Assembly: GCA_016198685.1 (NCBI GenBank) | Contig: JACQID010000007.1 | Span: forward strand, 1-64,000 | Length of the DNA: 64,000 nt | From: Candidatus Aenigmatarchaeota archaeon | GTDB lineage: Archaea; Aenigmatarchaeota; Aenigmatarchaeia; GW2011-AR5 | Direction of reading: 5' to 3' | Part shown: one piece after another, positions 38,103 to 46,958 of the stretch | How positions within the stretch are numbered: the stretch's first letter is position 1 | Layout of the letters: every line of letters starts with the position of its first letter | Notes under the pieces: generated by a model | What the model saw: only the letters and a program-made list of their open reading frames with translations | Database searches by the model: none | What the model was told of the DNA's origin: nothing | Program-made: the position numbers and the translations under genes

Positions 38103-38840
38103 ATGGACGTTCTTTATGATATACTTGCATCGGTATTGGCGGTAAGCCTGCTTTCTTTTGCCGGATTAGTCACGCTTTCAATAAAAAAAATCATCCTTGA
38201 AAGAATGCTTTTTATCCTTGTAAGCTTTGCGACAGGAACACTCCTTGCAGCGGCATTCCTTGACCTGATACCGGAAGCCATGGACTATCAAGCAGCGAAT
38301 GTAATGGTCTTTCCTCTTCTGGGAATAATGACGTTTTTCTTGCTGGAAAAGTCGATACATTGGCATCATCACCATACCAAGAAAGAAGTCCATGCGTTTA
38401 CTTATCTCAATCTTATAGGCGACGGATTCCATAATTTTATAGACGGCATAGTGATAGCCGCAAGCTTCCTGCATTCGCCGGCTCTGGGCGTCACAACAAC
38501 CATAGCCATAATATTCCATGAGATCCCGCAGGAAATAGGCGACTTCTCGTTGCTGATACACGGCGGCTTTAGCCGGACAAAGGCATTATTCTTCAATTTC
38601 CTTTCCGCTCTTACGGCTGTCTTGGGAGGCATATTAGGCTACTTCTTCATATCGTCATTGGAAGCGGCTTTGCCCTATCTGCTTGCCTATACTGCAGGCC
38701 ATTTCATATACATAGCTACCGTAGATCTGCTTCCTGAGCTTGTAGCGCAGAAGAGCCCAAAAGTTTCCGTACTTCAAATTGCCGCAATCACTACCGGCAT
38801 GGCAATAATATGGCTCGTCATAACGTTCTTGCCGGAGTAG
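38103..38840 (+). CDS. ZIP family metal transporter
   Basis: HWHHHH, DGFHNFIDG, HEIPQEIGDF. Confidence 0.92.
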   Translation: MDVLYDILASVLAVSLLSFAGLVTLSIKKIILERMLFILVSFATGTLLAAAFLDLIPEAMDYQAANVMVFPLLGIMTFFLLEKSIHWHHHHTKKEVHAFTYLNLIGDGFHNFIDGIVIAASFLHSPALGVTTTIAIIFHEIPQEIGDFSLLIHGGFSRTKALFFNFLSALTAVLGGILGYFFISSLEAALPYLLAYTAGHFIYIATVDLLPELVAQKSPKVSVLQIAAITTGMAIIWLVITFLPE

Positions 38841-38889
38841 GCGACAGTTGGGAATTTCTTAAAAAGATATGCTTCTATAGTTCTTAGAC

Positions 38890-38976
38890 GCTCCTGTCGT
38901 CTAGCCCGGCCATTGATAGCCGAAAGGATAGTGGCTTCTCAAGCCATTGACACGGGTTCAAATCCCGTCAGGAGCA
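38890..38976 (+). tRNA. tRNA-Glu(CTC) with 12-nt D-loop intron (38913-38924)
   Basis: Acceptor GCTCCTG/CAGGAGC, anticodon CTC at 38938-38940, BHB helix CGGC/GCCG with bulges CA|T and AA|A. Confidence 0.88.
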
Positions 38977-39005
38977 TCTGTGAGAGTTGAACCGAAAGTA
39001 ATTTA

Positions 39006-39941
39006 TTATGTGAAATAATGCCTAAGTTCTATCAGGGCAAAGACGATGTAAAGGAAAAACAGCAGGAAGCTGTCGTTTGATGTTATTTTCTTGCCGTCTT
39101 GGAGAAGCGTGACCACGAGAAGCGCAGAAAATACCATGAAGAGCATGCTCGTTGCAAATGCGGAGAAAGCGGTTTCTACCGGGGCTATGATTGCAACTAT
39201 TCCCATCGACAAAGTGCAGTCAGCAGCGACATTGCCAAGTACATTACCAAGTGCAATGTCTTTATGCTTCGCAAGAACCGCCTTTAAAGAAAAAGCCATC
39301 TCAGGCATTGTCGTGCCGAATGCCACGAGAAACATTCCTATTACGACAGAAGGTATAAGCAGTTCGTGAGATATGCCTACTACAGATTCCACTACAAAAT
39401 GGGCTGAAACGAAAAGCACAGCAAGGCATGCAATGAAAAACATCATGCTCTTTAACGCGGATATTACGTCTTTCGAATCGTGCTTGGAGAATATCTTCTC
39501 CTTCTTTATGAGCTGAGACATATAGAAAAGAAAAGCGACTACAAGTATTATGCCGTCATCCCTTGAGAGTTGACCATCAAGCATAAACAATACTGGCAGT
39601 GCTGTCACCGCAAGAAACGCATTATTATTCCTGGTTATACTGGAGTTTACCATTATTTTCTTGCCTGCAAGGGCAATTATGCCTATCACTAGCGTAAGAT
39701 CCGCTATATTAGAACCTATTAATGTGCCTATGCCTATCGCTGACGACCCTGCTATTGCTGAATTAATTCCTATGAACAATTCCGGCATGATAGAGATGAC
39801 GCCTGCTATGACAAAAGTCACAAAAAATTCAGAGAGCCGCAAATGCTTTGCAATGTCTATTATGTATTTGGTCGCATAGCCTGCGCTTTTGATAACAATG
39901 ACGATTGAAATGAAAAACAGGGTCGCATTCTCGAAAATCAT
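39006..39941 (-). CDS. Na+/Ca2+ (CaCA family) antiporter
   Basis: SIMPE...GSNIADL and GTTMPE...GNVLGN alpha repeats. Confidence 0.88.
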   Translation of the reverse strand: MIFENATLFFISIVIVIKSAGYATKYIIDIAKHLRLSEFFVTFVIAGVISIMPELFIGINSAIAGSSAIGIGTLIGSNIADLTLVIGIIALAGKKIMVNSSITRNNNAFLAVTALPVLFMLDGQLSRDDGIILVVAFLFYMSQLIKKEKIFSKHDSKDVISALKSMMFFIACLAVLFVSAHFVVESVVGISHELLIPSVVIGMFLVAFGTTMPEMAFSLKAVLAKHKDIALGNVLGNVAADCTLSMGIVAIIAPVETAFSAFATSMLFMVFSALLVVTLLQDGKKITSNDSFLLFFLYIVFALIELRHYFT

Positions 39942-40060
39942 TATTAAATTTAGCCGTCCCGTATAAATAGTATTTTTTAAGCCCGCCTGTTTTCTGAAGT
40001 TGTTGGCAGCACTAATAATCTATTAAACGCTAGCGCCTAACTCTTTGCTACAGTGATGAA

Positions 40061-40615
40061 ATGAACATGCCTTACAAGACGCCCTTATTTATATCAACGC
40101 TTTTTTTCGGCGCGGCGCTCCTTTATCTGCTAGGAGGGATAGCTCTTGCTGCAGTTTACGCCATATTATGGATAGATAAAATAGTTCTGGGCATGCTGGG
40201 CCCGATACGTTATCTGGGCGTTGAGTTTACTACGCTGGCTACCATAATTTTAGGCATATCATATGGGCCGCTTCCCGCATTTCTTTTCAGCATAATAGTC
40301 ATCCCGCTTCTGCACTCATCAAAATACCTGTTCCTGCCTCTGCCGCAGCCTGAATGGCCATTCTTCATTCCTCATCCGAATAACATAGTTGACGCTATAG
40401 GTGCGCTATGCGCAGGAATTTTATGGGTTATTGGAATAAAGGAACTTCTGATACTCACTGCCATCGTGGTCATAATCAAGGACGCCGGCTACGGCATATC
40501 AGAAAAGATGATGTTTGGAAAGCCTGTGGATTATTTCAGCGCTGCCATGTATCTTATCTTCAACTGCCTTCTGATTTTCCAGTTCGGGCCGTCTATAGCT
40601 TCGCTGGCGGCATGA
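40061..40615 (+). CDS. Multi-pass membrane protein
   Basis: Five to six hydrophobic helices. Confidence 0.65.
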   Translation: MNMPYKTPLFISTLFFGAALLYLLGGIALAAVYAILWIDKIVLGMLGPIRYLGVEFTTLATIILGISYGPLPAFLFSIIVIPLLHSSKYLFLPLPQPEWPFFIPHPNNIVDAIGALCAGILWVIGIKELLILTAIVVIIKDAGYGISEKMMFGKPVDYFSAAMYLIFNCLLIFQFGPSIASLAA

Positions 40616-40716
40616 TCAGGGATGGCGCAAGCTAACAGCGTTGTGGCCATACTCCGAAAAGCTTCTTCCTCTAAATGCCAGCGGCATACTTATAAAAATT
40701 GTTGCCATGACAATTC

Positions 40717-41340
40717 ATGCGAACAGTCTGGGACAGCATAGCCGAAGGATGGAATTCTTTCAGGTCGTTTCCGATAGAGGAAGCCAAAGCCTTTCTTCAG
40801 GATTGGAGAGGCGTTGTGCTTGACATAGGATGCGGGTCGGGAAGGAATTTTCTGAAAGGCATGACGTTCGTAGGACTGGACATCTCTTATAACATGCTTC
40901 TTCATGCGAAGAAGAATGCGGAAAAGAGAGGGGTAAGGGCATACTTGATACGTGCAGATGCTGCGGCATTGCCGTTAAAGCCGGCATTTGAAAGGATACT
41001 GCTGATTGCAGTATTGCATGCGCTAAGGGAGAGAAGGGCATGCGTTTCCGAGGTTCGCAGGCTTTTGGGCGCCCGGGGCAAAGCACTTGTTACGGTGTGG
41101 AACAAGGACCAGCCGCGCTTCAAGAAAGCGCCCAAGGAAAACGAAATACCATGGGAAAGCGATGGCAAGGAATACATGAGATATACATACCTTTTCACCA
41201 AACAAGAACTTGCCTCGTTCCTTCAGAAAAGCGGTTTCGAGGCCGAGATTGCTGAAAGCTCCAAAAAGGCTTTTAATGCCTTCTCCAAGAATATAGTGGC
41301 AGTGTTGAAGCGGGGGTCCCCTAGTGGCCAATGGGACTAG
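40717..41340 (+). CDS. Class I SAM methyltransferase, Trm9/ALKBH8-like
   Basis: VLDIGCGSG, IAVLH, RR...EVRRLL, VTVWNKDQ, IPW, RYTYLF...EL; stop codon lies inside tRNA-Leu. Confidence 0.8.
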   Translation: MRTVWDSIAEGWNSFRSFPIEEAKAFLQDWRGVVLDIGCGSGRNFLKGMTFVGLDISYNMLLHAKKNAEKRGVRAYLIRADAAALPLKPAFERILLIAVLHALRERRACVSEVRRLLGARGKALVTVWNKDQPRFKKAPKENEIPWESDGKEYMRYTYLFTKQELASFLQKSGFEAEIAESSKKAFNAFSKNIVAVLKRGSPSGQWD

Positions 41341-41445
41341 GCTTAGGTGACTGTCCGGCCAATGGGACTAGGCTCAGATGACCGGAACTGGTCGAAGACA
41401 CCTAGTGGCTTAGTGCCTTCGCAGGTTCAAATCCTGCCCCCCGCA
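41310..41445 (+). tRNA. tRNA-Leu with internal duplication; anticodon TAG (one intron) or CAG (two introns)
   Basis: Acceptor GCGGGGG/CCCCCGC, long variable arm, T-arm GCAGG-TTCAAAT-CCTGC; repeat units start at 41326 and 41357. Confidence 0.88.
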
Positions 41446-41497
41446 TATTCTTATCTAAAATTTATCTCAATAAAAACCCCTTTATGATAATTATATC

Positions 41498-41920
41498 ATG
41501 CCAATACGGAAGGGCGTTGTCGGCGTAGTCTATCGCAAGGGCAAGAATGAGCCGGAGTTTCTCCTTTTGCACAGGCAGCAGGGCTGGAAAGGCTGGGAAT
41601 TCTCCAAGGGTGGAATTGAATCAGGCGAGGATGATGAAGAGGCTCTTGTGCGTGAAATACGCGAGGAAACAGGCATCGGGAAAGTCAAAGTCCGGGCCAG
41701 AATGGCTGCCGAGATATCTTACAAATATCCGGCATGGTACAAGAGCGGATATACCGGTACAAAACAGTCGGTTTTTCTTGTTGAAGCGCTTGAGGATAGC
41801 GTTTCTGTGAGCCAGGAGCATGATGATTACACATGGGTTGATTATAGGTCAGCGCTGAAGATGCTCAAGCATAAAGGGCAGAAAAAGGCACTGTCAGAAT
41901 CATTCCAGGCATTGCTCTAA
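41498..41920 (+). CDS. NUDIX hydrolase
   Basis: KGGIESGEDDEEALVREIREETG; EHDDYTW. Confidence 0.92.
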   Translation: MPIRKGVVGVVYRKGKNEPEFLLLHRQQGWKGWEFSKGGIESGEDDEEALVREIREETGIGKVKVRARMAAEISYKYPAWYKSGYTGTKQSVFLVEALEDSVSVSQEHDDYTWVDYRSALKMLKHKGQKKALSESFQALL

Positions 41921-41964
41921 ACATTGAATTTAATGCGCAAATAGCCTTGGCTTAACAAAAGAGC

Positions 41965-42207
41965 TCAATTTTCGCTGCCGCCCATCAGGGATACGAATCC
42001 TACAGTCACAAGAAGCATGGAAAAGAAGAACATGGATATCGTGGAAGCTATCGCGCTTTCTACTGTGGGCTTGTCTGCCACGTCTTCAACGCTTTGGGCA
42101 AAAGCGTCCGATAATATTCCTGCGATAAAAGCAAGGATTGCGATTCCGCTTATGATGAATATCGCGCCAGCCACCTTGAGCTTATTGCCCATGCGGATAT
42201 ATGCCAT
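41965..42207 (-). CDS. Small 2-TM membrane protein
   Basis: Two hydrophobic helices. Confidence 0.55.
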   Translation of the reverse strand: MAYIRMGNKLKVAGAIFIISGIAILAFIAGILSDAFAQSVEDVADKPTVESAIASTISMFFFSMLLVTVGFVSLMGGSEN

Positions 42208-42228
42208 CGGCTAATATTAAAATATTAT

Positions 42229-43860
42229 TTAGAGTTTTCCAAGGAGGTCTTTGACGCTTCGCCTGCCAAGCGCCATTATGAATGGCGCCAGTCTTGGTCC
42301 CTGGTTGCGGCTTATCAGAACAAGGTAAGCCGCCCTGAAGAAATCCTTGGGCTCAATACCGTGCTTTCTTGGGATCTCATAGAGTTTTTCGTATATTTTC
42401 TCTTCAGTGTTCGCCTGGTCCATGGAAGCTGCAAGCTCCTTCAGTGCGGCTTTCTCCTTCGTTGTGATCGACAAGTCTTTTGGCGGTTCTTCATTGACAC
42501 CTATCTTCGTTCCTTCAGGAGCGAAATTATCAAGCCAATGTGCCGCGAGCTCCAGTCTTCTTTTGATCTGCATCTCATCGTCAGCCGGCAAAGGCTCTTT
42601 GACATGGCCGGTCTCTTTGAGAATCTGCAGGGATCTTTCCCAGCTTCTGTCTGGAACAAGATTTGCTATCATCACGGCAAGATGATACGGAAGCCTAAAC
42701 GGCATCTTTTTCGGAACAGAAGCGAAAGAGCTTTCATACATCCGCGCCATATTTTCCTTGTCTTTTTCATCAGCCGCATCTTTGCCAAAATACACGCGTT
42801 CAGCCTTTTCAAAGTCCTCAACAAGAAGATGTATAGTTTTCAGGTCCAGGCTTCTCTGCTTCTTGCTCCTCTTGGTATAAAAATAAAGGAATACTTCAGG
42901 CTCGACTATCTGGAGCATCTCTTGGGTGATATATACATTGCCATAACGCGTAGACATCTTTTCGCCGTTAATCAGCAGAAATTCATATATGTGCGCTATC
43001 GGCGGCTCAATGCCAAATATCTCCTTGGATATGGCGACGCATCTCGGCCAGGAGCCTTCTGCGTGTTCCTTTCCGAAAGGCTCGAAAGTAGCATTCCATA
43101 TTGCCCATTGTGCAGGCCATTCAAAGCTCCAGGGCAATTTGCCGCCTCTGAACGTTGTCGTGCCTTTGAAACCGCATCCCTGTATTGTATACTTGCCAGC
43201 AAGATCGCGGCCTGTGCACACATAATCAACGGTCTTTTTTTCAAGGTCAAAAGAGACTGTCTTTCCCATTATCTTTCCGCAATTGGCGCATATCGCATCA
43301 AAGGGTATGTAATCTGATTCCTTGGACTCCTGGAATTTCCTTATTATTTTGCGGGAAGCCTCGAGTTTTTCAAGCGCCGTTCCAATGTACTTGTCGAATT
43401 GACCGGCTTCATACATATCTTCGGCAAAGTAGAATTCAGTGTCTTTCATGCCCAGTGCTCGAACGCCATTTTCCCAGAGCGTTGCAAAATGCTTTGACCA
43501 TGAATCGCAGCAACTGAAAGGGTCAGGGGTCCTTGAGTAAGGGATGCCAAGATATTTTTCCAATTCTTTTTTCGTATCTTCATCGACTATGTGCCATTTC
43601 CCGTCTAGCCTTGGGAGCTTTGACGGTATGTTCCTAAGCGGGTCCCGATCATCATGCGTAAAGACAAACCGGGACTGGTATCCTTTCTTCAAAACGGCCT
43701 TGTGCACCATATAGGCTTTGGCCGCATCAAAAAGATTGCCTATGTGCTTGCCTCCGGACGGTGAGGCGGCTCCTCGGCACGTCACGATGCGCCCTTCTTT
43801 CTTTGCTCTTGCGATAGCCTCCTCGGCAAGCTGGTCTGCCCAAAAAACATCCATAGGCAT
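42229..43860 (-). CDS. lysS: Class I lysyl-tRNA synthetase
   Basis: FWADQLA, SPSGGKHIGN, KLPW..EWPAQW, EPFGKEH, KMSTR, GPRL. Confidence 0.93.
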   Translation of the reverse strand: MPMDVFWADQLAEEAIARAKKEGRIVTCRGAASPSGGKHIGNLFDAAKAYMVHKAVLKKGYQSRFVFTHDDRDPLRNIPSKLPRLDGKWHIVDEDTKKELEKYLGIPYSRTPDPFSCCDSWSKHFATLWENGVRALGMKDTEFYFAEDMYEAGQFDKYIGTALEKLEASRKIIRKFQESKESDYIPFDAICANCGKIMGKTVSFDLEKKTVDYVCTGRDLAGKYTIQGCGFKGTTTFRGGKLPWSFEWPAQWAIWNATFEPFGKEHAEGSWPRCVAISKEIFGIEPPIAHIYEFLLINGEKMSTRYGNVYITQEMLQIVEPEVFLYFYTKRSKKQRSLDLKTIHLLVEDFEKAERVYFGKDAADEKDKENMARMYESSFASVPKKMPFRLPYHLAVMIANLVPDRSWERSLQILKETGHVKEPLPADDEMQIKRRLELAAHWLDNFAPEGTKIGVNEEPPKDLSITTKEKAALKELAASMDQANTEEKIYEKLYEIPRKHGIEPKDFFRAAYLVLISRNQGPRLAPFIMALGRRSVKDLLGKL

Positions 43861-44036
43861 AATTACGCAAGGTGAACGATTAAAGGCTTATCGGGATGCT
43901 TGAATCAAATCCTCTGCAGGAGTATGCTCAAAGACATTAATATTTGAACGGCCCAATATGTTTACTATCCCGACGGACACAATGTTTTGAATATAATCTC
44001 CTTCGGTATAAATAGAAGGACAGGGAATGTTATTCC

Positions 44037-45374
44037 ATGAAAGGCGCCGATCCGCTTATAGTTTCTATAATGCTTATCGGCATCACAGTTGTTGCGGCAG
44101 GGATAATCTCAGGCTGGTCGAGTAACTTCTACCAGACCCAGGGACAGGAACTGAAGAATCAGACTGAAAGCAAGCTCTCCTGTCAGCTTGCTTCGTTTTA
44201 CGTCAGAAATATCTCAATATCATGCAACAACAACTGCTTTACAGGCTCGCCTTACAGAGTGAACGCGAGCATAGAAAACACCGGCGACAGGCAGGTCGAC
44301 TTGTCGAGGCTTGCAATAACGCTTTCAAACGGCATTACGCATATAATATACGGCAACAAAACTACCCTATCCTCAGGCATTACAGACAACAAAGCTTTCA
44401 ACAGCATTCTTATTTCAGGCAGCCCCAAGATGCCGATACAGTCCATGGACTCCATGGGCGCATATTCCAACGATACAAATACAGTCGCATTATGGCACTT
44501 CGACCAGGCCACTGCGAGCAGCACTCTTGACAATTCCCGGGGCAACAACCTCACATGCTACGGAATGGGAACTAACTGCAGTTTCACGCCTTCGGGCAAA
44601 TACGGCGGGGCTCTCACGTTCAACGGCTCGGACCAGTATCTGAACGCTTCGGATTCAGTGAGCCTGAATATGACAAACCAGGTCACTGTGGAAGCATGGG
44701 TCTACGCCAATTCAACAACCGGCGGCAATGCAGGCATAGTGGCCAAGGGAACAGCGACTTCATGGCCTTATGCCATCATTTACGATACGAATGCGAACAT
44801 AAACTGCATAATTGACGGGTCCACGAATGCCGTGAGTTTTTCCATGCTTGCCGGATCTTGGCATCATGTCGCGCTTTCGTACAACGGCACCGACATGTTC
44901 TGTTACATGGATGGCATACTGAAGGGAAGCAAAAAAATAAACTCAGCAATAAATCAAACAGCGTCCAATGTGATGATAGGCAGGGCTTCAGTTTACTTCA
45001 ATGGAACAATAGATGAAGTGCGCATTTCTAATTTCAGCCGAAATTTCAACACGACACTCACGATAAACGTGACGCACCCTGGGATAAAATTCGTGAGGCT
45101 TTTCAATTCATCGGGATTGGTTAGCCAGTCAACGAACCAAAACGGGGTTTCTGTTTACAACACGCAATATGAGAATCTCAAGACGTACAATAATTTCAGG
45201 GTGGAAGTTGAGGATACCTCAGGATTTGTGATAAGCAAATGGTATCCTTACGATGCCGGAGGAGCCTGCGTTCCGGTGTCAAATATCAACAGGATACGGT
45301 TTGCCGCGGATAATTGCCCATCTGTGACTGATGCCTATTTTGGAAGTGACGTATACTATGAAAACTGCGCATGA
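44037..45374 (+). CDS. Pilin-like protein with LamG/ConA domain
   Basis: KG/ADPLIVSIMLIGI; VALWHFD, VTVEAWV, WHHVALSY, FNGTIDEVRISN. Confidence 0.85.
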   Translation: MKGADPLIVSIMLIGITVVAAGIISGWSSNFYQTQGQELKNQTESKLSCQLASFYVRNISISCNNNCFTGSPYRVNASIENTGDRQVDLSRLAITLSNGITHIIYGNKTTLSSGITDNKAFNSILISGSPKMPIQSMDSMGAYSNDTNTVALWHFDQATASSTLDNSRGNNLTCYGMGTNCSFTPSGKYGGALTFNGSDQYLNASDSVSLNMTNQVTVEAWVYANSTTGGNAGIVAKGTATSWPYAIIYDTNANINCIIDGSTNAVSFSMLAGSWHHVALSYNGTDMFCYMDGILKGSKKINSAINQTASNVMIGRASVYFNGTIDEVRISNFSRNFNTTLTINVTHPGIKFVRLFNSSGLVSQSTNQNGVSVYNTQYENLKTYNNFRVEVEDTSGFVISKWYPYDAGGACVPVSNINRIRFAADNCPSVTDAYFGSDVYYENCA

Positions 45375-45378
45375 TGAA

Positions 45379-45825
45379 ATGAAGGGCGTATCGCCGCTTC
45401 TGGCGAGCATATTTCTCGTCCTTATTGCAGTAACTGCGGTGCCGATATTCTCAGGCTGGTTCATGAATAATTTAATGTCGACAGCGGACACTTCCGGCAA
45501 CAGGACAGAGCAGGCGATAAAATGCAATGTTGCAGGCCTTGCTATTGAAGATTTCTATCTCGATTTCTCTGCAAGCAGGGCAAGGCTGAATGTCAGGAAT
45601 TCAGGTCAGACGCCGGACCAGATAGTATCTGCGAAAGTTTATTCATTCAACGGGTCGGAAGCCGCGAACCTGACCATATTTCCAATTAACATAAGCGCCG
45701 GCGAGTTCAAGTATGTTACTTTTAACACAGAAGGCGCATTGGCATCCTGCTCCAATTTCAGTTATGCCATAGTGTCAGGAAGATGCAAGACCGCAACATT
45801 CGAGGGCCTGCCGCGAGGCTGCTGA
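45379..45825 (+). CDS. Type IV pilin-like protein
   Basis: KG/VSPLLASIFLVLI; VRNSG; start reset to 45379. Confidence 0.82.
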   Translation: MKGVSPLLASIFLVLIAVTAVPIFSGWFMNNLMSTADTSGNRTEQAIKCNVAGLAIEDFYLDFSASRARLNVRNSGQTPDQIVSAKVYSFNGSEAANLTIFPINISAGEFKYVTFNTEGALASCSNFSYAIVSGRCKTATFEGLPRGC

Positions 45826-45920
45826 TTGCCAATATTCTATGATAGGCGCTGCATCTTCGCGAAAATTACGCCTCTGGGCATATTTATATAGCGGCAAAGA
45901 AATATATCTGCTGATACTAA

Positions 45921-46358
45921 ATGAAAGGATTATCGCCGCTTATCGCGTCAGTTCTTCTCATAGCCATTGCATTTAGCGTTTCTTCCATACTCGGACCATG
46001 GGCACTTGAGGTCGTGCGCTCTGACACGGATGCTATAGACAATAACTCGAAGTCCGTTACAGAGTGCTTTCCTGTCCTTATCCAGAACGTTTATACCGAT
46101 TTTACCGGAAATAAGGTCCGCATGTATGTCATGGGCAAGGGGCCTAACACCATAACAAGCGCTTCTGTGCTTAATTCTTATGGAGTTGCCATCCCCCTTT
46201 CCGATTCTTCAGTTTTGCCTATGAAAATTAGCCAGGGTGAAAGGAAATTAATTGAGTTCAACACAACAGCTAATCTTACGGCCTGCACGAATTTCAGTAA
46301 AGCCATAGTGACAACAGGCTGCGTTTCAGACCAAAAGACCAAGCCTGACAATTGCTGA
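45921..46358 (+). CDS. Type IV pilin-like protein
   Basis: KG/LSPLIASVLLIAI. Confidence 0.82.
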   Translation: MKGLSPLIASVLLIAIAFSVSSILGPWALEVVRSDTDAIDNNSKSVTECFPVLIQNVYTDFTGNKVRMYVMGKGPNTITSASVLNSYGVAIPLSDSSVLPMKISQGERKLIEFNTTANLTACTNFSKAIVTTGCVSDQKTKPDNC

Positions 46359-46360
46359 TC

Positions 46361-46822
46361 ATGATGAAAAAAACAAAAGGAATATCGCCGCTCATAGCAT
46401 CCGTACTGCTGATAGCAATAGTGATAGTTGTGGGCACGTTAACTCTGGATTGGGCTACGGCTATACACTCCAATCTTGGCAGCAGTGTAAAAAATAAAAC
46501 CAGCGAATGCACTACAGCTGCAGTTGTCATAGACCGCGTATATTTAGACCTGAACGGCTCTGTCGGAAGGATAGTTGCCAGAAACTCGGGCTTTGATGAC
46601 GATTCGATAACAGGCGCGTCGGTTGTGACAATGAAGGGACAGACAAGCAGCAACCTTACGGCCTTCCCGGTTGCCATGGCGCGCGGCACGCAGACTACTC
46701 TCACGGTAAACATAAGCGGAATAATAACAAGCTGCACGAATTTCAGCCGGGCTTATGTGACGACATCCTGTGGCGTTTCAGCTGAATATGGCGTTGGCGA
46801 ATCGCCTACGTGCACAAACTGA
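46361..46822 (+). CDS. Type IV pilin-like protein
   Basis: KG/ISPLIASVLLIAI; ARNSG. Confidence 0.82.
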   Translation: MMKKTKGISPLIASVLLIAIVIVVGTLTLDWATAIHSNLGSSVKNKTSECTTAAVVIDRVYLDLNGSVGRIVARNSGFDDDSITGASVVTMKGQTSSNLTAFPVAMARGTQTTLTVNISGIITSCTNFSRAYVTTSCGVSAEYGVGESPTCTN

Positions 46823-46958
46823 TACTATCCTCAAAATAATGCACGTGAGATTAGCTCAAGCTAGATCTTTTTATATTTATTTGCCTTACTTCTTTGCCGC
46901 TTTGTTTGGTATTTCTCCAACGATGGCCGATGAAGTCATGGTAGAGCAAAAATTTGCC

